From Botryllus schlosseri (Eukaryota): a stretch of 64,000 nucleotides of DNA. The notes beneath the pieces are model-generated. The model searched no databases, was not told the DNA's origin, and saw nothing but the letters and a program-made list of their open reading frames with translations. Location: the NCBI GenBank assembly GCA_051294905.1, contig CM119378.1:1984001-2048000 (forward strand). The letters are read 5' to 3'. The position numbers and the translations under genes are program-made. Below, piece after piece: positions 15,201 to 27,200 of the stretch (position 1 is the stretch's first letter; each line of letters opens with the position of its first letter).

Positions 15201-18200
15201 TTACTTGTTGTCTGGTATGCCTATGTATTTATATTCATTGTAATGAGTCGCCGGTACCGGTCGTACCGGTGCGACAAATAAAAGTAATCTATCTATCTAA
15301 ATTAGGATAGTCTATACATAGTATAGAATATAATTGGCAGCATTGAAATGACATGGTGCAAAAAACCATTCGCAGTTACACGCACCATTTCCAATTGTAC
15401 GTACACAAATACCTGATTTTAACTATAGTGGGACAAGTAGAATGTATCCATCTATATCTCTGCATGTGTCCAGTTTTTATCATTGACTTGACGGGAAGTT
15501 GGTATATATTTTACTCGAATTGCATCTGTTTGAACCGGAAATTCTCGTTTCAAGTATGCGCCTATGGTATTTTCTTACTGAGATACTATCAGAGATTGTG
15601 CTCACGAAACGGAAATTTTAACGAGATATAAAAATGCGCCAGGTCGATATTTCATTCGGCTCTGCAGGGAACAATTGTTTTCGCGTCGTTCAAATAAATT
15701 GACATACTGGAAGTGATTAACCGGAAGTTTCGTATCCCAAAATAGACAAGTGACCAATTTACAAACATCAATTTCTCATTGTTCATACTGTCAGACAGTT
15801 GAAAAATTACAGTCGCAAATTGTAATATATTAATCATATAGCATACGCGCTGATTGATACACTCTGCTTAGCGTGTCGGAACGCAAGCTATAGCACTATA
15901 TTTATAGAGATATCGGCGATATCATGGAATTTTTGGTATAAAATCTTTTTGCAATCAAGTTTTGTCTATGTCCCCGTGGGTTATATGACAAGTTTTTGGT
16001 ATCACGTTGTATAACTCCCAGAGTTACATGAAACCTGCGTATTGGTTCAGTTGTGGCTGAAGACGTTTATTAGATATTGACGATATCATGGAATTTTTGG
16101 TATAAAAATTTATTGCATCCAGGTTTTCGCTATGTTTCCGTGGACTTTACGAATAGTTTTTGGTATCACGTTGTATAACTCCCAGAGTTACATCAAAAGC
16201 GCGTATTAGGTTAATTGTGGTTAAAGCCGTTTAAGAGATATTTGCGTTATTACGGAATTTTCGGTACACAAATATTTTGCGACCAAATTACCTCTATTTC
16301 CCCGTGGGTTAGATGAAAAGTTTCATCAAACACGCGATAGTTCAGTTGTGGTTAAAGTCATGTAACACGAAAGCCCTGCCGATTATAATCGGTTCGCCGA
16401 TACTATCGAATCGATATTACACTTTTTGGAAGAAATACAGTTATCGGCCATTAGAGGTAAAAGAAATCGGTAATTATCGTGACGTCACAACATGATAGAA
16501 GAGAGTCAGAGAGAACTATAATCTGCCACTGCTATACTGGGAATACTGATCTATTTCCTATACAGATGCAATCTTCTATTTTATTTTATGTCCAGGCATA
16601 TCGATGGCTGTGAATCTGTTCCAGTAAATGCTGCGAAGCTTTGAAAATGCGCCTTAAGCTTGATATGCCATATCTTTTGAATATCGGTTAAATATTAAAT
16701 CGGGGTTATCGGTGAAGGTGCAAGTTATCGGCTTAAACGGTTTCGCCTCAGATATCCCATATAATTAACACTACTGGTCAGAGCTCGACATTACGGGACT
16801 ATGATCTGACATGTGTATTTCATCTATCAACACATGCATTTTGATTTACTTACATCGCTAGTCGTTTTGTTATCTCATGTTACTATCCATTGAGTGTGCA
16901 TGCCTCACATCTACGTTCTAAGGCAAAGTCGATGTTTAATTGAAAGGACACTCCAATTCGTTCAAACACATTCCTATATCTTCTCATTTTATCGCAATCT
17001 TGTGTTGTTTTGCATTGGTGAAATTAATAATAAACTCAACCGAGCATCCTGTATATATGATGCAAATATTAATCAATTAGTTTCGTTGATACTGTATGAT
17101 AAACCGAGCGAACAAGAATTATTATGCCTAACATTGCGCTCGCGCAAACACAACCCAAAAGAGCAAACTCATCCTCACGTATGCATCGAGGCGGCTGGAA
17201 GCTCCACTGCAATCCATTGCCGGTTCTTATGCAAGCTGTCGTGTCCGAGCCTTCCAGAAAGTATCCTTCGTCGCAATGAAATATACACTCGGATCCAAGC
17301 TCTCCTTGTTCCGAGCAGGTTATCCCTCCGTGAGTTGGAGTGATATCTTTGGTAGCGGTGCATCTCTCTAAAGAAGAAAAAGCGATCAATCATTTCACAA
17401 CATTCTCGATATCAGCGCTTGTAGTAAAGGAATGCAGAACGTGGCCCACGACGGATAAGATATCGCATTCCAGCATAAATAGAGCTAGAAAGATAAAATT
17501 AACTGGCACGCAGAGATGGTCGTTGTGTCTCACGCAGACGTGGAAATAAAAGTAGCAAGTTTCAAATGACTCAAGAAGAAAAGTATTATAAGTCTAGTTT
17601 TGCCTAGAAAACTGAACACTAGGGCTGTTCAAAATTCACTTTTCATTTTAAATGTTACTGACTATTTTGGAAAATTGTTAGGCTACCTAAAAAATGCTAT
17701 CCAGTAGAAGCATTGCTGTATAATAAATAGGTTCGGATTTCTTTAATAAAAATTTACATAAAAATTTTTCACATTGTACTGACTACCCAATGAAATCTTT
17801 AGGTGGTCTGAAAAAACGATGCACAAAGAATTTAGCTTAATCCCGTCCAGTATGAGCGAAGTGATTGGAGTACAAAATTTTGGATTTGAAATAGATAGTA
17901 TTTACGGTGGGAAATGCTTTCATTATATATTTCAGATCAACCCACCGTAAATACTATGATTTGAAACCTGAAATTTTTAGCATAAATAACTTAGCTTCCA
18001 CTGATTGAAATTGAGACAAATTTATTGTGCATCGTTTTTTTCAGACAACCCAACAATTTCCTGTGGTTTCCAGTAAAATTTGAAAACTATTTATGATTTT
18101 CATTAAATAAATATAAACTTATTTCTTATATAGCACTGCTTCTACAGGTTGGAATTGAGCCATATTTGTTGTACATCGGTTTTTAGGCAGCCTAACAATT

Positions 18201-21200
18201 TTATCAAGTATCCGATAACTTCTGAAAGAATAAATTTTGAACAGCCCTACTGAACAGTGTTAAATGGAGTGGAAGTATTCTAAATCGTAACCATGAAGTG
18301 GTACAAGTAGCTAAAATCTACTCGAACTAGTAGTAGAACCACCTCCACCGATTACGCTGATTAAAAATTATGGTATCTGGTTTAACTTGCATTTTCAGAG
18401 CAGAGCATTGCGTCTCGACGTTTGCAAGCAGTGGTGCTGGTAACGAAGCATTTTCACTTTGGCAGAGTATACTTGAGTACTAAGTACTTACATGGTTGTG
18501 ATTTTTGGCTACTTCTACTTCTACTTGATAGTTTCAGTTCTTTTGAGCAAAACTACTCCTGGATATACTTTTTACTTACTTGAAATCGCTATACTTCTAC
18601 TTTTATTTGAGTAGGAAATTACGATTCTAATTGAGTACCAACGATGATCGAACCGATAATATAATCGGTCAGGCTCTAGTCAAAATGAAAAAAGAGCTGA
18701 ACTACTTGAAGATTGTCGGATTTTCCAAATAAAATTATAGCTACACAGTATTTTTGAACTTCGATTGTAATTAGAATTACCGAATTCAAAAAACTTAAAA
18801 ATTGAGTTAAGTTCAGGATTAAAAATATATACACCAAAACCCAGTTCAGTTCATATCAAATGAGAGATCATTCTCATAAGCACGAGAATGGCAATTGTAT
18901 GACATGTGCACCAAGCTTGACTCGTTTTGCACGATACATATCTCCTGTCGCATTTTCAGGAAAACCAGAAATTAGCAGCGACCAAAAACATTCCACAAAT
19001 CAGAAAAAAGTTGGATTACGGGCATTTTATTCTGATCTGTCTAAATTAAATAAATATAATGATCCAGTCAAGATGCTTAAATCTGCTTCATACCAACGCA
19101 TGAAGCCGACGCCATCGTCCATCGCGCTGCTTTTCCTGTTTTCAGGCAGGATGTGAAGGGATCTCCTTCCTGAATGAATCCGTCTTGGCAGATGAACGTG
19201 CAGACGGAGCCGATCTCGTTGGCGTTTGTGCAGAAAACGCTTCCGTTACGCGGAGGGAAAGGTTGCGGCGGTGAGCAGCTTTCGGGAAAAGTTCGCTTCA
19301 ACAGCTCCAAGTCCGATTCGCGATCTGTAATGAAGCGTACGCGGTTCATGGATTTCTGTATCATCGTATGTAGCAGGGATACTCAACTATTTACAGCAAT
19401 GGCTCTCAAACTTTTTTAGACACGCCCTCTTTATGATAGTGAAAATTTACGCGCGCCCCCCTTATCGTCATATCAGAATGCTAGCAATCCCAAAGGATGG
19501 AAGGTTTATGAGTGCTGATGACAGAATTCTCAAACAAGAAAGTCGGTATATAGACAAACCAAAAACCACCAGTTGAAGGTAATTAGCGCGGATGGCGAAA
19601 AAATATTCAGTTGACCGCGGCTACGCACCCCCTTCAGATGCTTTCACGCCCCAAGGGGGGGGGTGAGAACCACTGATTTACAGGAAGGTGTCAGTTACAA
19701 AAATTTAAAAAAATTAGTTCCGATATAACTCTCGTGAATACAGAACTGAATAGTTTATTCATATTGAAATAAATCCGAATATTTTCAGCAGACTAGCGTC
19801 AGACGCATGTACTGATACTCAAACATAACGGGATACATCTTGCTTTTTACTGGTTATAGACATTTTTAGATTCTTTCTGTGAAGTGTACATACAATTTGA
19901 GTAGCGCCAAAATAATGGATTGTACCCAAGCAGAAATCGTACTACGTCCAGTATTACTACGCGTATATATTTTCCTCGCAAACTTCTTCAGGTGTATGTA
20001 TCAGGGATGGTGTGAAACTCTGAAAGGTTCAGGTTCGTGTGTACGCGAACGTGAACCTCATGACGTCACGAGACGTCATATTGCCAATTCCAAACATACA
20101 TTTCAGTGAAGTGACAGTCTATATTAATGCGCAAGATACCAAGCAGCGACTCGGGCCACATAATGCCACTATGTTGAAGTACATATAGACGTTTTAACCG
20201 TCGCCAAATGTATCAATTGGGGCAATCAAATTAAAGTAATAATCCCGTAAAATCAATACATTCCGTCACTTTGCTAACTATTTCGACGAGGACTTGCAAG
20301 GGGATATATATGCGAACACGTTAACGGTCTATGCCAAACCGGACAATGTATTCCGCTGCTGAGTATGGCTGCGTTGACATTGAGCAGACTGTAAAACGGG
20401 TTTCTACTTGCTACCGATATTACCCCAATAAAAAGTTATACAACAGTAGCCAACACCCCAATCCCACGGATTTGGTTTTTATGATACAATAAACATATGA
20501 TATAAAGAATGACCCCGCCTGCTAGATTATTTTTACATCAGACAACAATATCAATTTCATTGGTTGAAAGCATCATTCGGCGACTACCTAGATGTAGTGT
20601 ATTTCGCTCTTGATGTTGTGTGGTTGATAGTCAAGCTCACAGCAGAGAGTTACTAAATATTCCAGCTTTTGTAGCAAAGCAAGTAAAATTTTTGAGATTG
20701 TCAAAGTTGCTTGCTGCTTTAGTGTTGATTCTCTATGCTGCCAGCGCCATGCATATAGTGGCCGCAGTTTACATGCAATAAATTTCAACCAAAGATGTTA
20801 TAATGAAGTGAAAATTGAAATATATGAAAAAGGTTCACGGTAAAGAACCTACCAAGGTTCGTTTGTGAGCGTGAGCCTCTAAATTTCCGCGGTTCACACA
20901 CAGATCGCGAACGTGAACCTCACGTTCACACCATTCCTAGTATGTATCAATGTACAAGATGACTGAAGAGCTATTATATCACGACATATATATTATGAAG
21001 AGCTTCTTGGAGGTACAGAACTTGCCTATACAATTGAATAGTATATTCATATAGAAATGAACCCGAATATTTTCGGCTGACACTCGCCAGGGGTAATCGT
21101 CAGAAACTACTAGACCAGTGGTTCTCAAAGTATGGGTCGCGACCCAAACATGGGTCGCGGAGGGTCAGAAAATGGGTCGCGACATAGTGATTCAAATCTG

Positions 21201-24200
21201 TCAAAATTCAATTTTCTTAGTGGATTATTGCTTCATCATACGCATTTCATTTAGCTTCTTAGTGGATTATTGCATCATAAGTGGTTTTCTAAGAGTTTCA
21301 ATGGCAGCGCAGCTACACTAGGCGTAACTACTTAGCCCAGTAGCTGCTAAAAAGACTAAGTTAAGGAATGGAATGCATTTTGATCGCGAATCTAAGCCTG
21401 CGCCAGGCCACTGTTATTCACATGATGCAATCGCACAAGCTCGAGCAGTAATTAGTCTTTACCATCTCCACACACCAAAAATACTACACCATCTTGGCAG
21501 ACAGTAAAAATCATATTGATTTAAAACAAAATTAATCCAGATTGTTTGTATCAAACGGCAACAGACTATAATTCATTTGCGTGTCTTCACTGTTCGAGTG
21601 TTCGTCTTTGAGCGCAAAATGGAGAGATCTTCCACTGTGCTGTAATATGATCTGCGCGCACTTTCGTGATTACATCCTAGCTTTGGTAATTAAGGTCAAG
21701 ATACCTCGCTGTCATCGAAATTTGTTTGCTACTTCCATCTGATCTGATACATTGTGATTTGCGAGGTGATCATCGATTATCTGCTGCGTTGCGTCATGAT
21801 TCGAGCGCGCTTAGCATTAGCATTAAAGGATGAGTAAGTATTCCTACAAGCAAGAATTTTTAGACTTGGGATTCACTTGTATCAATGATCATGGTGCTGC
21901 AAAGCCACAATGTGTGCTGTGTCATAAAGTGTTGTCAAACGAATCTCTGAAGAAGAACAAACTTAAGAGACATTTGGGAACAAAGCACCCGCAACATGCG
22001 AAAAAGAATCGTATTTATTTTCAGCACCGAGAAGCGGTACTGAAACGAAGCCGATTTTGTTCAGCAACGAATCCAGCGCTTTTAGCCTCCAAGCAAGCCA
22101 CGCTGGCATCGTATGTAGTCTCGCTACGAATAGGTAAAACGATGAAACCGCATACGATTGGAGAACAGCTTGTTAAGCCTGCAGCCATTGACATGGCCAG
22201 ACTCGTATGCGGCGACGACGTGGCCTCGAAATTGCAGTCCGTCTCACTATCGAACGACACAGTCAAAAGGCGCATCGAAGACCTTTCACTGAATATAAAA
22301 AAACCAAGTGGTTGCCCGAATGAAGAAGGCGGGAAAGTGGAGCTATCAATTGGATGAGTCAACCGACACTGGAAAGCACGCGCAGCTAATGGTTTATGTG
22401 AGGTACGAGGGTGATATGGACCTCGAAGAAGAATTTCTGTTTTGCACACCACTAGCAACAACAGCAACGGGCAAGGACATCTTCAACGTCGTGGACAACT
22501 TCCAACAAAAAGAAGGCATTAACTGGGAAAACTGTGTCAGCTTGTGCACTGACGGCGCTCCCGCAATGCTTGGTGCTCGACAGGGCTTTACTGCACGAGT
22601 CAAGCAAGTCAATCCTAATGTCCAAGTCGTCCACTGTCTTCTGCACCGTGAAAATCTTGCTGCGAAACATTTGTCTCCGGATCTTTCGGCAGTGATGCAG
22701 GAGGTTGTTGATGTAGTCAACTTCATCAAATCCAGTGCTGTTAACTCTCGTCTGTTCGAGCAGATGTGTGTCGACCATGGGTCTCAATTCCAACATCTCC
22801 TATTCTACTCCAGTGTGAGATGGCTTTCTCGCGGTAAGGTCTTGCGCCGTCTGGTAGATCTACGAACGGAACTGAAGGTATTTCTCAATGAAAAAGTACA
22901 TCGTCATGCCATTCGGTTCGAAGATAAAGAGTGGATGCTAAAAGTATGTTACTTAAACGACATCTTCACCGCACTCAACGATCTTAACACATCAATGCAA
23001 GGCAGAAATCAAAACATTATCAGTCTCTCCGAGAAGCTGTCTGCTTTCAAAGAAAAGCTGCAGATCTGGAAGAAGAAACTGGAGCGTGGACGAACAGCAG
23101 CGTTTCCATCCATGAACGAGTATCTGGAGGAATGGAATCAGATTGCTATTAGCAGATTGGGTATCATCAAACCCATTCTAATGGACCATTTGGAAAACCT
23201 GATCACGGAGTTCGATCGCTACATCCCAGACAGAAATGAGGCATCTCAGTGGTGGGTCACAAATCCGTTTTTGGCAAGGGTTGACAATTTACCAGAGGAT
23301 GTTGCAGGACTACAGGAAGAGTTTATCGACCTGCATCATGACCAATTCCATCGACTTCTTTTTTCCTCTGCGTCACTTGGAGAGTTCTGGACTTCGGTTA
23401 AAAAGGAACAGCCAATAATCGGTAACGAAGCAATGGCTTTTCTGCTCCCATTTGCGACCACTTATCTGTGTGAGCAAGGATTTTCCGCACTGACGGTTGT
23501 TAAAACCAAGGCTCGCAATCGCCTCGATCCTGGAGACGATTTGCGCATTGCGCTCAGTAAGATAGAGCCGTGCATTGAAAATATTATGAAAGAGAACTTT
23601 CAGTTTCATCAATCACACTGAATGAATGATCTGTCTCTAATAAATTGTTCTTTCATAGTACTGTGTACTATAACTGGTTGTCTGTGTCTTATCTGAAAAA
23701 TTAGCAGAGTGGTAACACAAAAAATACATTTTTTTATGTTTGAGATTTGGGTCGTGAGGTGATCATGAAACTCAGATTTGGGTCGCGCTCAAAAAAGTTT
23801 AAGAACCACTGTACTAGACGATTGGAAAGAACCTTGTTCATCAACATTCGTGTCACAAAATATGACCTCACCAGCATGCAATTCCGAATAGGACAGCCTC
23901 TAATGTACTATTTTTAGATGGTACACAAACTCTATTTGTTGAAACAGCCTTGGATGATGTATTTTGATAAAAGTCGACCCCAAGGCACACAAATGAAAGT
24001 GTGAACGGCCCCTTCCAGCGACGCGAAATCTGTCGTCTTGATAAATTTCCGCACACGCGGGATTATCCAACAGATGCTTGCCAATGGCAGAATTTATGTC
24101 CTTAGATTGCTGCGCATCAAGCTTGGGGGGATTAGTCAAGGGTGAGCTTTCCACCGGGTGTGAAGCCCGTGTTCTAAATAAATATAGGGATATGCTGATT

Positions 24201-27200
24201 TATGCGTTAAATTCTGCCATTGGCAAGCATCTGTCGGATAGTATATCTGGTGACGTCATATTTTGAGATATGATTGTTGATATATAATGTTCTTTCCAAT
24301 TCTTTAGTAGTTGCTGACGACTACCCCTGATGAAGTCAGTCGAAAATATTCTGGTTTATCTCAATATGACTATACTATGTTACTATCCAATTATATATAT
24401 ATATATATTGTGATGTAATAATGATACGTGTTTGCAGTTTGTTTCATTTAATATAACTTTCCAATCTACGTCTATCAATGCTTAAATATTCGACACAGAA
24501 TATACAGAAGTGTATTTGTATACGCATGTTTTAAGATGTTCGTGTTAAGTAATTGCGTATTTTCATGTGGTTCCATATACGCACCATGCAGATTGAAATG
24601 CGGCCCCGACTCTGACAAAGGTTAGGCACCAATGATCAAAACTATAACACTCCTTGATAAAATACATCGCAGTAGCTAGGGTCGTTTACGCACTCGACAG
24701 AAATCGTCTGTCACCATCGCCATACACGACTCGAATTTTTACAATCAATAATTGATTCGGATTTGAGTATTCGAATTATTTTTCCTAAGAAATACAAAGG
24801 AAGAGAAATTATGCCCGGAAAGGGCTTTGAAAGCCAGTGTTTATGAGGCTAACTCGTAGCTGACGGAACAGGTGGTAAGCATTGCATGGCAGGTCTTCAC
24901 GATGACGCCATTACATAAAATGACATCGCATTAGCTGTACCGCAGTAATTCAATATATCATTTATCAGTTCTGATCAGCTGCTATGTTGTTATAGAATAG
25001 GATTTGTTTGATGATTTACCTCAATGGATTTGTTCTCCATGTTAACTATAACTGCCTAAGCCTTAGATAACTGTATCAGTTCACAAAGTGTCCTTGTAAA
25101 CGTTTGTGTGATGTGCTAGTGTTGTGTGTTATCATTATGCCCAATGTTCAGCCATTTATTGTTGACAGTTCATTTACGATTTTACGAGAATTGAATAACT
25201 CATTGATTACACACCGACGCATTTTGGAGGGGGAGGGTTCCAGGCTGATCCCACTGGCAGCTCCAAGCAGTTGGTGTCCGGTTCCCCGGTCAGAAAGTAG
25301 CCCGACTCGCATTCAAACGTACACATCGATCCCACGTCATTACCAGAGCTGCACACGACATTTCCGTTCTCCGTGAACAATTCTTGACATCGTGCTATGT
25401 AAAAACAGGTACAGAGATGTGATGACGACGGCGAAATACGTGTAAATATCGACGGTCAGATTGTAGAGATTAACAGTGTCTTTTCTTTGCGCTAATGCGA
25501 TGTATATGTATACCGCAATGGCTCAAACCAACGAAACTACCATCGATAACAGCGTCGTAAAATGCAATTCCCATTCTTAATCTCCCCGCTAATGCGACCA
25601 AAATATGCGAACGAATATAGAAGTCGTTGTCGCATGACATATCAGCAAATGATTGCGTTCATGCCTGAACTTGCGTGACGCGCTATTTCTCAAAAAACAA
25701 GACAAGCATCTGGCGCCTGTGCATCGGGATTATTTATTTGATTTCAGGAAATAGTTCTCATTTTAGAAAACGTGAAATATATACGCCCGAGGACTCTACC
25801 CTTAGGGAAGCTCAATTGAGTAATACATGTCTAGCTGCCTTGTCGCAAAACAGGTGAACATGAAATGAGTGTGACATCCAAGATGTCGTACAGGCTTCAG
25901 CACGTATCGCAACAGAACGCATCTCTTTATATCAAGTAAGACGGACCACAACTTTTGTATACAATCCTACAGCCGTAGAGCAATGTAACATTGTCCAAGT
26001 TCACGACGAAATACGAGCAGATTCTGCTGAATACGAGTATGAGATTTAGATTACCAGACCACGATCTGGCATATCGATTTCACCTATACCAAAACAAGCT
26101 ATTTTCATCGGTTGTCCTTACCATGTTATTTTCAGTTGCTTCTAATTCCGTGTATAATGTACTGTACAATGTACAGTGTACATATCTCTTATTTACATAT
26201 TTTAGCCTAAAGTTGGTGTATGCTATCGACCCCTCCTATCTTTTCATTTTACCGCAATGTTGCGATGTTTCGAAATGACGAAATTGCTGATAAACCAAAC
26301 TGAGCAGCCCACAACATGTTAGCAATAAACAAAGTGAGAGACCAAATCGTGCAGTTTAAACTGTAGAGTTCATGTCATATACCCTCTTAGCGAGAAATCC
26401 CGTTTGATAAGGACTGGTTCACTTGGATGACGTATTTTACCGGTGTCATAATCAAATGGTATTGGCACCATAAGTCTTGGACAACTAAAGTATTTTCAGC
26501 TGTTCCGAATTAGACTAAAATTAGATTTATAGCTACACAGTTTTCTTCAAGATTTGATTAAACTTAGAATTACTAAATTCCCGATATTCAATGTAGTTTA
26601 GTTCGTATCAAATCATAAATCATTCTCATGAGCATGAGAACGGCAAATGTCAGTACAGGGAACTTGGCTTGTTTCGCAATATACAGTTCTCCTGTAGCAT
26701 TTTCAGAAAAAAACCATAAATTATATTAAAATAAAATCAAACCATAAAATCATTTCACAAATTAGATCGCCGGCTTGATTCAGTCTAATTAGGCGACTAT
26801 TATTAGCTAGCTGTCAACTTCTGGTTTTTATACGGGACTGATTCATTCATATGAAGTAATTTGCGGGCGTCATAATCAAAATGCACTGGCACGTTGTAAC
26901 CATGCGAATACCTATCCACGTTACAGCCAAAGGTCGCGACAGGTCATGTCGCGCGAGGCCGATACGTTCTGCGAAGGTCTACGTAAAGTCCGGCGCGCAC
27001 TATCACGAGGAAATGGTATTTCCGCGAAATCAGGCTAGGACGCACAATGCCAGGGAATGGTTTTGCAATACTCACGTGCGCACACCGGAAACTCCACGTT
27101 CCATTCGTTGGTAGTCTTTTTAGCTTCGCAACTGACCGAACTCTCGCCAATGACGATAAAGCCTTCGTCGCATTGAAACGTGCACGTCGATCCTACCTTG

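Larger units (their letters stand above)
20997..24408 (-). mobile_element. 5'-truncated Penelope-like element (GIY-YIG C-terminal remnant + 3' pLTR + inverted pLTR), split by the Buster insertion
   Basis: On the minus strand the remnant (23900-24096) is followed by a pLTR (23870-23820 joined to 21115-20997 across TSD TACTAGAC) with a hammerhead at 21061-21094. An inverted pLTR copy lies at ~24250-24408 with a degenerate hammerhead at 24323-24355. Confidence 0.75.

Noticed and set aside
22290-22310. Programmed frameshift at A AAA AAA/AAC in the transposase
   Set aside because: The downstream ORF is in the +1 frame, not -1. A single-base homopolymer insertion explains it.
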